Below the pieces are notes generated by a model. It had not been told where the DNA came from. It worked only from the letters and a program-made list of their open reading frames with translations, and made no database searches. The position numbers were made by a program, and so were the translations under genes. This document shows positions 51,367 to 64,000 of a stretch of DNA of 64,000 nucleotides, in pieces; position 1 is the first letter of the stretch, and every line of letters starts with the position of its first letter. Source of the DNA: Squalus acanthias (Eukaryota); NCBI GenBank assembly GCA_030390025.1, contig CM059432.1:77748001-77812000 (forward strand), read 5' to 3'.

Positions 51367-52214
51367 TGATTCCTTTACTTGTACTTAGTTTTGTTCCCAG
51401 TTCCCTGAAGAGCGATTTTTTTTTTTACTTGTCCCACTGAGGCTTATCAGATTTTAGCAAAGGGGTCTGTATAAAACCCATACATAAACTTGTAACCATC
51501 ACTCATGTTAATCTTTGTCTCGTCAAGTCTGAAAATTATTTTGGCATTATCGTCACACTGGAAATGATGTGTTCTCCTATTTGTACAACAGGTGTTTTAA
51601 ATAAAGAAGCTGTTTTGAAGTTTAAATGGGGGATGGGGTGGAAAACAGAAGGACATCCTTGTGTTTAGGGGTTTCGCAACTAGTGGTCAGGTAACTGCAC
51701 TATAAACTTAGTGCTTGTTGTAAACAAATGAACAGCAGCAGTATAAGGGGATGGCAGAGAAGATAAAGCAACATTTTAATAAAAGCAAGAAAAGATGATC
51801 AAAGATTTAACAAAACAGAACAAGAAACAGAAAAAGAACAAATGGAGAAAGAAAACCCTTTCTCACTGAGGCACACAAATAAAACTGGAAGAAACATTTA
51901 AAAATAAAAGTGTTATCATGTTTTTGGGACTGCACCTGTTGTATAACAGCCAAGTACTATTTTAGCTTCTTCTATGACCATCAAGATTTTGTGTAAGTAA
52001 CAAAATTGGTTGTAAACTAGCATGTCTCATATTTAACTCTTATATCTGCTTCTACAATTTCTAACCTGGTATTTGGTGAATAAAGTTAAAAGCATCATTT
52101 TAATTTTTATTTCTCTAATATACAACAACAATTTTTTTTTGTCTTATGCTCCTGTGAAGTGCCTTGGGACGTTATACTACGTTAAAAGCGCTATGTAAAT
52201 ACAAGTTGTTGTAA

Positions 52215-54900
52215 AGGATTCTATCACAGCACTAGAATGCAAGGGTGCATTAAGGGATTGTGTTGAGACAGAATCCACATGGATAGTGTTAAAGAATACG
52301 AAGGTAAATAGTACAATTCTTGGTGTACATTGTAGGCCACCAAACAGTGGAGATAAGATGGGGGAGGGAATTTGTAGACATTTCAGAGATATGTAAGAGC
52401 AACAGAGTAATGATACTGGATGATTTTAACTATTCCAAGATAGACTAGATGGTTAAACTGGAGATCACTTTTTAGAACGCACCCAAGACTGCTTAGATCA
52501 ATATGTTTCTAATGCTACAAGGAAAGAGGCATTACTTGATTTAGTTCTTAGAACAACAACAACAACTTGTATTTATATAGCACCTTTAACGTAGTAAAAT
52601 GTCCCAAGGCGCTGCACAGGAGTATTTTAAGACAAAAAATTTGACACTGAGCCACATAAGGATAAATTAGGGCAGGTGACCAAAAGCTTGATCAAAGAGG
52701 TAGGTTTTAAGGAGCATCTTAAAAGAGGAAAGAGAGGCGGAGAGGTTTAGGCAGGGAATTCCAGAACTTAGGGCCTAGGCAACAGAAGGCACGGCCACCA
52801 ATAGTTGAGCGATTATAATCAGGGATGCTCAAGAGGGTAGAATTAGAGGAGCGCAGCTATCGTTTGGGGGGGGGGGGGGGGGGGGGGGGGGGTTGCTGTT
52901 TGAAAACAAGGTTGAGCATTTTCAAATCGAGACACTACTTAACTGGAAGCCAATGTAGGTCAGCGAGCGCAGGGGTGATGGGCGAACGGGACTTGGTGCA
53001 AGTTAGGACATGGGCAGCCGAGTTTTGGATGACCTCAAGTTTACGTAGGGTGGAATGTGGGAGGCCAGCCAGGAGTGAATTAGAATAGTCAAGTCTAGAG
53101 GTAACAAAGGCATGGATGAAGGTTTCAGCAACGGATGAGCTGAGGCAAGGGTGGAGACAGGCTATGTTACGGAGGTGGAAATAGGCGGTCCTTTGTTATG
53201 CTGCAGATATGTGGTCGGAAGCTTATTTCAGGGTGGTTCAGCCTCAGACAGATGTTAGGGAGAGGGATGGAATCAGTGGCTATGGAACGGAGTTTGTGGC
53301 AGGGACCAAAAATAATGGCTTCGGTCTTCCCAATATTTAATTGGAGAAAATTTTTGCTCATCCAGAACTGTGTCAGACAGGCAGTCTGACAATTTGGAGA
53401 CCGTGGAGGGGTCGAGAGAAGTGGTAGTGAGGTAGAGCTGGGTGTCGTCCACGTACATGTGGAAACTGACGCTGTGTTTTTGGATGATGTCGCCAAGGGA
53501 CAACATGTAGATGAGAAATAGGAGGGGGCCAAGGATAGATCCTTGGGGGACACCAGAGGTAACGATGCGGGAGCGGGAAGAGAAGCCGTTGCAGGTGATT
53601 CTCTGGCTACGATTGGATAGATAAGAATGGAACCAGGTGAGTGCAGTCCCATCCAGCTGGACGACGGTGGAGAGGCGTTGGAGAAGGAAGGATGTAGAAG
53701 GGAAATAACTGATGAGAGTAGGAAAACAGCTGGTAAATAAGTAGGTTCAGTGAGAAAATAGATAAGTCAAATATAAGGATGCTGGACTGGAAAGGCGAAG
53801 TTCAATGAAATAAGGGATTTGGCCCAAATTAATTGGCATAAAACTTAGCAAACAGTGCAAAAAAATCTTGCACTAGGAATCTTCAAATATGACATGGATA
53901 GAGTGCAAAATAGATAGATGCCTATCTGATGAAAAGGTTCATCACAAAGGATAGTGTACTGTGAATATAGATTAAAAATAAACAAAATTAAAAGGGCTAA
54001 CAATATTAAAGGTAATCATGAGTAATATAGAAAATGGTATGGTGAAAAGGGATATTGGGTGTAAAAAGGAATATGAATAAAAGCTAGAAGATAAACCTAG
54101 TTAACAAAATGAGAGGATAGGATGGCTCTGGGATGAAGGGGAAAACTAGTGGAGGATGAAGATGTTGCGCAGATATTAAATATTTCATGACACTTTTTAC
54201 GAATGCTGGTGGAAGTGAGAGTGTAAAGTATTCCAGGAGCGAATGTGGAAAAAATTGAGATAACTGTAGAAAAGTAATTTGGTTCTGAAAATAATTAGCA
54301 GAACTTAATTCATTGAGTCCTGATGGTATTTCCCATGGCTATTGAAGGAAGGCAAAAGGGAGATAGCAGAGACTCTGATCACAATTTATCATTATACCGT
54401 AGATATGTAAATAGTATTGGGGGACTGGAGGGTAGCCAATACACCTTGTGCTTAGGAAAGGAGAAAAGGATAAATCGAGTAACTATAGACTGTCAGTTGT
54501 AGTAAGTGCTTAGAATCCATTATTTGAGTTCAAATTAATGAGCATTTAGAAATGCAAGAGATAATCGAGTGTAGCCAGCACAGATTTATTAAAGTAACAT
54601 TTGACAAAAGTAAGACTCTCTTGAAGAAGTGACTGCATAGATAAAAGGAATGCAGTAGCTATTGCATATGGATTTTTAGAAGGTGTTGAATAAGGTGCCA
54701 CACAGAAGGCTTCTGGCAAAATGTAGGTGTATGGTATGAGGGAAAATGTAGCAACATAGATAGAAAGTTGGTTGATGGACAGAAAACAAGGTTTAGGACA
54801 AATGGGCATTGCTCAGATTGGAAAAGGGTTGAAAGTGATGTACTCAACAGGTCATTGCTGGGTCAATTTTTGTTCTCATTTTATGTATAGATGATTTTAG
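52215..54900 (+). mobile_element. Old degraded CR1, interrupted by an L2
   Basis: GVHCRPPNS, DDFNY, LLDLVL, DWRVAN and KVPH remnants. Confidence 0.75.
52552..53690 (-). mobile_element. L2-like LINE 3' part, nested
   Basis: (AAC)n tail at 52552; GVPQGSILGP, SFHMYVDDTQLYL and NFLQLNIGKTE motifs. Confidence 0.9.
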
Positions 54901-56416
54901 ACTTTGTTGCCGGGAGCACTGGATAGGTGGCCAGAAGTTAGAACATTGACCGACTTTCACTTCCTGAGGCTAATTGTAACCCCTGTACTGCTCCCTTGGG
55001 TGAATTCAGCTAACTCAGTACAGCCTGGAATTAAACCCAAGACCTTCCTCAACTGTATGGCTCTGCTGCTTACTGATAAACTCACTCAGCCATCTTGGGA
55101 GCTTAATTTTAAATTTAACGTGTCCAGTATAGAGTGTCCTAATGACAATGTGTACACAATAAATAACTTGAGTATGAGAGCAGTAGATTTTGTCACCTTT
55201 GTACTGCATAACGATGACCTGATTGCAGTGCAAAGCATTTTTAACCAACTAAGTTCTCATGAGAAGTTGATTAATTGACTTATAGTACCATTTAAACAGG
55301 TACATGTCCTTGCAGTATGGGGTGTCTGAAGTCTAGGCCATTGCTGTTAGCAATAGGTTCTGATGCCAGTAGGAAAGTGAACAGTAAAAGATTCTCTAAA
55401 ATGGCTACTGTAGGCAAAAGTGTCATGGAGAGTCTGCAACAATATACTGTAAGCAATTATTTTAAGTTAAGAATGATGAAACGGAGAGGATGTAAAGCTC
55501 TTGGGAAAGAATCAGGCCAACAAAACAGTAAAAACAGAGTGTTGGAAAAAATACATTGGTGCAGTTAGAATGACTTGTTTTAATGAGCTGCAATTGCCTT
55601 TGTCCATTCCTGCATCCCCTCCCCACATGTCGTCTTTGGGCTTTGAGTCGGCTTGTTTTTTCTACCACAGTTGGGATTTTTAGTATGGTCTTTTCAAATA
55701 CCCTGGCCCTTAATTTGATTTACAATAGTAATCAGAATTTTGGTTATTACTTAACTATCTAATACAAAGTCCTAGCCCATGTGATTTGTAGAAATGTCTT
55801 GAGGAACAATTATTTGTACGTAGGTATACTATGTATATCCAAGCTAATGGAGAGTTGCAAATACTGTTATTTAGTGTTTCAATCTGTGTTTTATCAAGAT
55901 GCTGAGATTACAGGAAACCAGATTATGTTTAAAATGAGACATTCTCTCTTAGTTGGATGAAAATAGCTTTTTGGCTCAGTTGCACTGCAGCTTTTGCATT
56001 GATGCAACACAATTTTGACAAAAATTGCAATATGACTGGGGAGTGAAATCGCTGAGCTGATGGCACATTGAATTTAAGAGGTATAGGACCACAGCAAGGA
56101 GATAACTTGCACTCCTTCAGATTCACACAGATTGAAGTATAATCGCAAACTTCATTTTTAAACTTGTTAAATTTAATAAGGAGCCACCAGTTCCATTGCC
56201 TCCACACTAGCGTCACAAATGTCACCAGCATTTATGCACTGTATAAGCATGCATCTACGGAGCTGTGCTTGCCTGATGAAAGTGTAGCAGAGTTGGCAGT
56301 GTAAGTCAGCACTGCTGGTCCTACATTACATTAAAGCAGGTACTACTGTCGATCATTACATGCAGTACAACAGTGCTATTAGAAGTGATTTATTTTGAAC
56401 GTAAAATAAAAAATAA

Positions 56417-56614
<198 letters not shown>

Positions 56615-56679
56615 TAATTCATAATTCAATTCTTTCAATTTAAATATTTCAGAAATATGAAATTGTGTTTTTCCCTCCT

Positions 56680-57062
56680 TTTCTCTTGCAAAGTCCCTTT
56701 GCACATTATAGAAAGAGACACAAGTCTTCAAGATACACCAGCTCACCATCTATTTCTGCCAACTTCCTTCAACCTTCTATCCCCTACACGCATTAACCTT
56801 TTGCCCCACCTTTGGTTGCAGAGCCCTCAGCTGCCTTGACCCTACTCTGGCATTCTCTCCCTAAACCACTCTGTGTCTCCTCTTCATCTTTCAAAAACCT
56901 TCTCAAAACCCAATTTTTGAACCAAGCCGTTGGTCACCTTTCCTAACTCTCCCACCATGACTCAGCATTCATTCATTCCTTTATTTTATTTATTGTTTGT
57001 TTTGCACTGTTGGACCTTTTTTCTATGTTGAAAGCACTGTGTGAATGCAAGTGGTTGTTGAT
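56680..57062 (+). mobile_element. Old L2-like 3' remnant
   Basis: Degenerate L2 tail (..GAATGCAAGTGGTTGTTG). Confidence 0.6.
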
Positions 57063-57077
57063 GCTTTACTTATTTTA

Positions 57078-58300
57078 GGAACATAGGAACAGGAGTAGGC
57101 CATTTAGCCCGTTAAGCCTGTTCCGCCATTCAATGAGATCATGGTTGATCTGTGACCAAACTCCATATACCTGCCTTTGCCCCATATCCCTTAATACCTT
57201 TGGTTAACAAAAATCTATCAATCTCTGATTTAAAATTAACAATTGACCTAGCATCAATTGCTGTTTGCAGAAGAGTGTTCCAAACTTCTACCACCCTTTG
57301 TGTTGAAGTGTTTCCTAACTTCACTCCTGAAAAGGTCTGGCTCTAATTTCTAGGCTATGCCCCCTAGTCCTAGACTCACCAACCAGTGGAAATAGTTTCT
57401 CTCTATCTACGCTATCAGTTCCCCTTAATATCTTGTAAACTTCAATCAAATCACCCCTTCTCCTTCTAAATTCCAGGGGTTACAACCCTAATTTGTATAT
57501 TCTCGCCTCGTAATTTAACCCATAAGAGTCCAGGTATCATTCTGGTAAATCAACACTGCACTCCCTCCAAGGCCAATATAGCCTTCCTAAGGTGTGGTGC
57601 CCAGAACTGCTCACAGTACTCCAGGTGTGGTCTAGCCAGGGCTTTGTATAGCTGTAGCATAACTTCTACCCCCTTGTATTCTAGTCCTCTAGATATAAAG
57701 GCCAGTATTCCACTAGCCTTTTTGATTATTTTCTGTACATGTCCATGATATTTTAATGATCTTTGTACTTGACCCCTCCCCCCTCCTCAAGTCTCTTTGG
57801 ACTGCCATTTAGAAAGTACAATGCTCTATCCTTTTTAGGTCCAAAGTGGATGACCTCATATTTGCCTCCATTGAAATCCATTTGCCACAGTTTTTCCCAT
57901 TCGCTTAATCTATTAATATCTCTTTGTAATTTTATGCTTCCATCTACACTGCTTACAATGCTACCTATCTTTGCATCATTGGCAAACTTGGATATGTGGC
58001 TTTCTATCTTATCGAAGTCGTTAATAAATACGGTGAATAGTTGAGGCCCCGACACAGATCCTTGCAGGACACCACTAGTCACATCCTGCCAATTAGCGTA
58101 TCTGCCCATTATCCCTACTCTCTGTCTCCTGCCGCTCAGCCAATCTCCTAACCAGGTCAATAATTTGCCTTCAATTCCCTGAGCTTCATCCTTCGCTAAT
58201 GGTCTCTTATGAGGGACTTTATTAAATACCTTCTGGAAGTCCATATAAATAACATCCATAGACATTCCCCTGTCCACTATTTTAGTCACCTCTTCAAAAA
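57078..58300 (-). mobile_element. CR1 3' part
   Basis: YMDFQKVFNKVPH, GVLQGSVSGP and KFANDAK motifs; tail AGGAACATAGGAAC. Confidence 0.92.
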
Positions 58301-58489
58301 AAATTTAGTCTGTGCTATTGTGTATTTAGAAAGTACAATGATAAATGTTTCCTATGAATTGAAGTCCTTTGTCTTCAAAGGTTTAACTCCTTTGCCAGCA
58401 TAGTAATGTTTGTGCTTAATGAAGCAAACCGACAGAAAGTAGAGTACAAGACTTTGGTATGAAATTTATATTATTTTTCTTTCTAATAG

Positions 58490-58558
58490 TTTGGACAACA
58501 CATGCTGAAGCCAACAGGAAAGAGAAAGCCATTGTTAGGAAATACATCTGAGTCTTGA
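58490..58558 (+). CDS. MTFR1: MTFR1 last coding exon, with stop codon
   Basis: Translates FGQHMLKPTGKRKPLLGNTSES*, containing the FGxHMLKPTGK motif. Acceptor ttttctttctaatag. The spliced CDS totals 1005 nt (334 aa plus stop). Confidence 0.95.
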   Translation, partial: FGQHMLKPTGKRKPLLGNTSES

Positions 58559-61135
58559 TTGGAAGCTCAGGGGGAAAAAAAGGCTTGTACTTTTCCTCTG
58601 GTTGGAGTTTAATTCTCATTCTACTTAATTGTATGAAGAAATACTACTACAACAAATTCTTTCTGTAGTTTACATAAGCAATACTTATAAAATCAGGTTA
58701 GAAAATGTAAATTTTAACATCTGGTTTGCTACTTGTTTTCATATGTCAGTTGATGTTTTGCATGTACTCAATGAGAAGGCATTTCTATAGCCAAATTCAA
58801 ATATTTTAAGTTATTGTCTTGTTTGTATGTGATTGTCCTAAAGAAGGCTCCTTGACTGGCTAAATTGAATTAGATGGTTGTTTGTGCTTAAGTGGGTCAG
58901 AGCATTTTTTTTGCTTTGGCCTTCACATTACCATTTAAACTATATATAAGCTGTGGTAGTCACTTACAGCATGTACTATAGATTTATTGTTACCCAGATC
59001 TGAAGTAGCTGCATTTGGTAAAGAAATTAAGCTGTACACCTATCCTGAAACTCGGACACACACCACAGGACCCCTTTAAAAATCAAATAGTTACAAAGTT
59101 TTATCAATGTTCTTTCATTGTGTTAATTTATTTTTATTTAAAATCTGAATGCTGATGATGTCACTAATGTACTGAAATATTGCAGTCATCAGTGTTAGGG
59201 GCCTGAACTAATGTATGCAGTTGATGTTGAGCCATTTCTGGATTTATGTCTATTACTGCTTTCAATTAACATCCCTCACTAACTCTTAACTCCTTTAAGC
59301 CAACCCTTACTGCTTAAACAAAAAGTTAAAAATTGACAAAAGGATGAAGCCAACTTAAAAAATAGTAATATTAATTATAATTCTTTGTAACCACTTAATT
59401 TGTAACGAGTCCTGATGGTAAAACGTGCCCTCATTTTAAATGCCAATCCTGAAAATCCAGGACACCAGTGCTTCCTTCAAAAAAAGGGGAATATTTTAGG
59501 TGATGGTTGCAGCATACATGCATATCCATCATTTTAATAACTATGCAAAGTGCACAACCTTGTGTGATACCAGTGCTATTTTTATATGGATGGTAATCTG
59601 GAAATGCACTAAGAAACAGCTGCTTTAAAATATGGAAATTTAAGAGCTTCTGCAGTGCAGTGCTGCTTCATATTGAATCAAAATGACTATTTATAAGTTA
59701 TGGCATATAGTATATTTACATTAAAACTACACTACAACTGCTGGAATTCCCCAGTTCTACTTTTAGTGGAATAAGGGTAGGTATTAGCCTAATTTCAGGA
59801 GATCTCCATGGATAACATTTGTTAAATACCCATGTTTGTTATACAAAGATTGCAGCACAGAAATGTAGGTATGCTCAAAAATGTAAATTCTACTTTTTTA
59901 TTTCCACAATGGGAAATATGTTTTAATCTAGTTGTTAAATGTCAAGTATTTTGTATAATTTTGGGGGGCAAGGTGTTTAATTTTTGAAAAGTTGTACCAT
60001 CTCTAGCATACAGTAGAATTACTGTCTGAGTTTCTGATCTTGGAAAAGGGCAAAAAGGAGAACGTTTTAAAAAGCTAGAGGAGAAAGATGTAGAAAAAAG
60101 GAAAGTGATTTTTAAAAAATCCTACAGGAAAATGTTTCTTTGTGTATTTTTTAAAACCGGTAATTCAGCTAGCCATATCAACTTCTGGGACATGCCTCTT
60201 TTCACACCAAAATGGGACATCTGCTCCCCACCACTGCCAAGATCAGTTTTTCGCCAACTATCAGAAGAAACGTAATAGTGGTTCTGTGTAGTCTCCTTCT
60301 CCAATGCTGTATCCTTTTTCCACCCTACCCACACAAGGGATTGAGGGAATGAAACTACATTTTATGTTTCCTGCTGGTTCACCATCACAGTGTTTTTAAT
60401 TTATGTTTTGCAGAAATATTTTATTTTACATTCATAGCCAAGACTAGCAACACATGTTAGCTTTTGGTACAGTAATCTGAATTTTTTTTTTTTAATACAC
60501 CCATATGTATTAAAATGTATATTCTGCTAGCTTATTTTACTTGTAGCTAATAGGTAAATTATAAATTTCCAAACATCTTTGGCATAAGTGTGTAATATTT
60601 GAATGTAATACTTTATAATAACCTTGGAAATGTGCTGCTTCCAGCCATGAGATCTAATGTACATTGCAAAATCTATTGTAAGAGGAATTGAAAATGTGTA
60701 ATGCCTGCATTAGTGTTCCATAATCATAAGAGTTTACATTATCTTTCAATACGTCTTATTGCTATCGAACTATTGGAAAATTTAAAACCTTTTTACATTG
60801 TGCATTATTTGTTTAAAATATAAATTCAACACTAAACCTCCTTCTAAAAGTGGTTTTATCGTTATTTAATAATGTGGTTTCTCTTGAGAAAAGGACACAA
60901 CATTATAAGGTGATTCTATTGGCCTATTTTTATTGCACATTTGACGTCAATGCAGCGTGATCTTTTTGCATCACACCAATGGCAAACACTTACTGTTGTG
61001 GTGTCAAATTCACAGAAGCCAGCAATTTAGCAGCTGTGATGAGACCACGTGAAAGATTATTTTATGTTGCTAGCATTTACAGCTGGTGAACCATTTCAAA
61101 CTAAGTTTCAAATAAACGAAGTTAGCATGCTGCAC
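58559..61135 (+). other. MTFR1: Probable MTFR1 3' UTR (end uncertain)
   Basis: AT-rich with no recognisable TE. AATAAA at 61111 and ATTAAA near 59720 and 60509 are candidate poly(A) signals. Confidence 0.45.
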
Positions 61136-61504
61136 TGCCTTTTAAATATGTATCAAATGGTAAAAAAAACCTGATTATCCTATCATTCTGCCATTCTCTA
61201 GAGGTCAGTAATCTGAACTCTATACATGTTTTGAGTACACTTGCACAGAGCTCTGTTTTACTCTGCTCAACAGTGGTATGAACTGGCAGGATGCAGCTGC
61301 TGGCTCACATCATTGTTTTAGAAGCACTTTACACAGTACCACTTGGTGCAGTGTAACTGGAACATTAGGGAACAAACAGTACTTTAAGTTTAAAAAAATG
61401 TTGAAGTCAGACCAGTCAGGTCAGTGAAGTCATTTTCAGATAGCTGGACTTTTTATTGGCAATTCTTATTGAAATATATGGTGACAGATGTCCTTAAGTA
61501 CCTC

Positions 61505-63812
61505 AGCTAAGTGAGTTTTCTTCGCTAGACCGTGAATATAGACTGGACAAACCAAATTTGCAGTAATAGTGTGGAGGACGAATTCATGGAATGTAGGCAA
61601 GATTGTTTTCTAGATCAGTATGATGAGGAACCCACTAGGTAACAGGCTATTTTAGATCTAGTATTGTGCAATGAGAAAGGGTTAATTAATAACCTTTTAT
61701 AGTAAAGGGGCCTTTAGGGAAGAGTGACCATAATATGATAGAATTTTATATTGAGTTTGAAAGTGATTTAGTTAAATCCGAAACTGGAGTCTTAAATCTA
61801 AACAAAGCAAACTACGTAGGTATGAGGGGTGAGTTGGCTAAGGTAGATTGGCAAACTACATTTAAAAGGTATGATGGTAGACAAGCAATGGCTAGCATTT
61901 AAAGAATTAATACATAATTTACAACAAATATACATTCCTTTTAAGGCACAAAAACCCCACAGGAAAAGTGGTCCAACCGTGGCTAACAAGAGAAGTTAAA
62001 GATAGTATTAGATCAAAGGAAGAGGCTTATAATGTTGCCAAAAAGAGTAGTAAGCCTGAGGATTGGGAGGATTTTAGAATTCAGCAAAGGCGCACCATGA
62101 AATTGATAAAGAAAGGGAAAATAGAATGAGAGTAAACTAGCGAGAGACATAAAAACAGACTGTAAAAGCTTCTATAGGTATGTAAAAAGGAAAAGATTAG
62201 CGAAAGTAAACATAGGTCCCTTACAGGCTGAGACAGGAGAAATTATAATGGGGAATAAGGAAATGGCAGAGAAATTAAACAAATACTGTGTCTACCTTTA
62301 CCAAAGAAGATGCAAAAAACTTCCTGGAAAAGGTGGAGAACCAAGGGTCTAGTGAGAATGAGGAACTGAAGGAAACATAGAAACTAGGAGCAGGAGTAGG
62401 CCATTCGGCCCGTCGAGCCTGCTCCACCATTCAATACGATCATGGCTGATCATCCAAATCCAGCACCCTGTCCCTGCCCCCTCACACAGAATCCCCACAG
62501 TACAGATAGAGGCCATCTTGGCCCATCGAGCCTGCCCTGACACATATCCCCGCATATTTAATCCCCCCCTAACACTAAGGGTCAATTTATCATAGCCAAA
62601 TCAACCTAACCCGCACATTTTTGGACTGTGGGAGGAAACCGGAGCACCCGGAGGAAACCCACGCAGACACGGGGAGAATGTGCAAACTCCACACAGTCAC
62701 CCGAGGCCAGATTTGAACCCGGGTCCCTGGCGCTGTGAGGCACCAGTGCTAACCACTAGGCCACCGTGTTGCCCACGGAAATTAGTAAAAAAAAAAATAG
62801 TACTGGAGAAATTAATGGGACTGAAAGCTGATAAATCCATTGGACCTGATGGCCTACATCCTAGGGTTTTGAGAGGTGGCTATAGAGATAGTGGATGCAT
62901 TGGTTGTCATCATCCAAAATTTAATAGATTCTAGAACTGTTCCCACGGATTGGAAGTTAGCAAATGTAACCACAATATTTAAGAAAGGAGGGAGAGAGAA
63001 AACGGGGAACTATAGACCAGTTAGCTTAACATCAGTCGTAGGGAAAATGCTAGAATCTATTATTCAGGACGTGGTAACAGGGCTCTTAGAAAATAGGATT
63101 GGGCAGAGTCAACACAGATTTATGAAAGGGAAATCATGTTTGACAAATCCATTAGTTTTTTGAGGTTGTAACTATCAATAGATATGGGAAACCAGTGGAT
63201 ATGGTGTATTTGGATTTTCAGAAGGCATTCGATAAGGTGCCACACGAGGTTATTAAACAAAATTAGGGCTCATGGGATTGGGGGTAATATACTAGCATGA
63301 GACCACACCTGAAGTATTGTGTAGTTTTGGTCTCCTTACCTAAGGAAGGATATACATGCCATAGAGGGAGTGCAATGAAGGTTCATCAGACTGATTTCTG
63401 GGATGGGGGGATTGTCCTATGAGGAGAGATTGAGTAGACTAGGCCTTTTGGAGTTTAGAAAAATGAGGGGTAATCTCATTGAAACATACAAAATTGTTAC
63501 AGGGCTTGACCGGGTAGATGCAGGGAGGATGTTTCCCCTGGCTGGGGAGTCCAGAACACAGGGTCACAGTCTCAGAATAAGGGGTTGGCCATTTAGGACT
63601 GAGATGAGGAGAAATTTCTTCACTCAGAGGGTAGTGAATCTTTGGAATTCTCTACCGCAGAGGGCTGTGTCATTGAGTATATTTTTGGATATTAAGGGAA
63701 TCGAGGGATAGTGCAGGAAAGTGGAGTTGAGGTAGAAGATCAACCATGATCTTATTGAATGGCGGAGCAAGCTCGAGGTTCCAAATGGCCTACTCCTGCT
63801 CCTATTTCTTAT
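61505..63812 (+). mobile_element. CR1 (HER1-like) LINE with an internal deletion (~63300) and a SINE insertion
   Basis: ILDLVLCNE, LGKSDHN, NYRPVSLTSVVGK motifs and a 3' tail. Confidence 0.92.
62376..62774 (-). mobile_element. HE1-like V-SINE, full length
   Basis: tRNA head (TGGCCTAGTGG; GGTTCAAATC), V-domain TGTGTGGAGTTTGCACATTCTCCCCGTG...CCTCCCACAGTCC, and a 3' tail shared with the CR1 LINEs here. Confidence 0.9.
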
Positions 63813-64000
63813 GTAAGTTATACCTTTTCTACACGGTGTCCACGTGGACGTATCATCAAGGGGCTAACAGTTGCCCATTTGCCTATCTGTTTAGTGGATT
63901 TAATACAATGCGGACTTGTGCTATGCTTCCAAGTTCCTATTGAAATGGTAAATATTACCACACGGGCCAGAGATTTAGGGACAAAAGCTACTAATATATC

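Noticed and set aside
60122-60334. Possible last exon of a convergent neighbour such as PDE7A
   Set aside because: The translation does not resemble the PDE7A C-terminus as I recall it, and there is no other support.

Overview
Vertebrate genomic DNA, most likely from a shark or other cartilaginous fish (inferred from HE1/V-SINE-like and Deu-domain SINEs and HER1-like CR1 LINEs). It holds two divergent spliced genes for mitochondria-associated proteins. ARMC1 is on the minus strand, with four coding exons in the window and its 3' exons running off the left edge. MTFR1 is on the plus strand and complete: 7 coding exons, 1005 nt, 334 aa. The two appear to share a CpG-rich bidirectional promoter at about 25.65-26.65 kb. 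Most ORFs in the supplied track are transposon fragments or chance ORFs. The introns are dense with CR1 and L2 LINEs, SINEs and MITEs. The most striking structure is a young nested Penelope-like retroelement (RT plus GIY-YIG) in ARMC1 intron 1. It has ~800-bp near-perfect inverted arms, minimal hammerhead ribozyme motifs, nested target-site duplications, and a 40-nt patch of six purely synonymous arm-to-arm differences. Both genes also have uORFs whose stop codons overlap the main AUG. I see no prokaryote-type system such as CRISPR or a defence operon. Family names come from recalled motif similarity; no searches were run.
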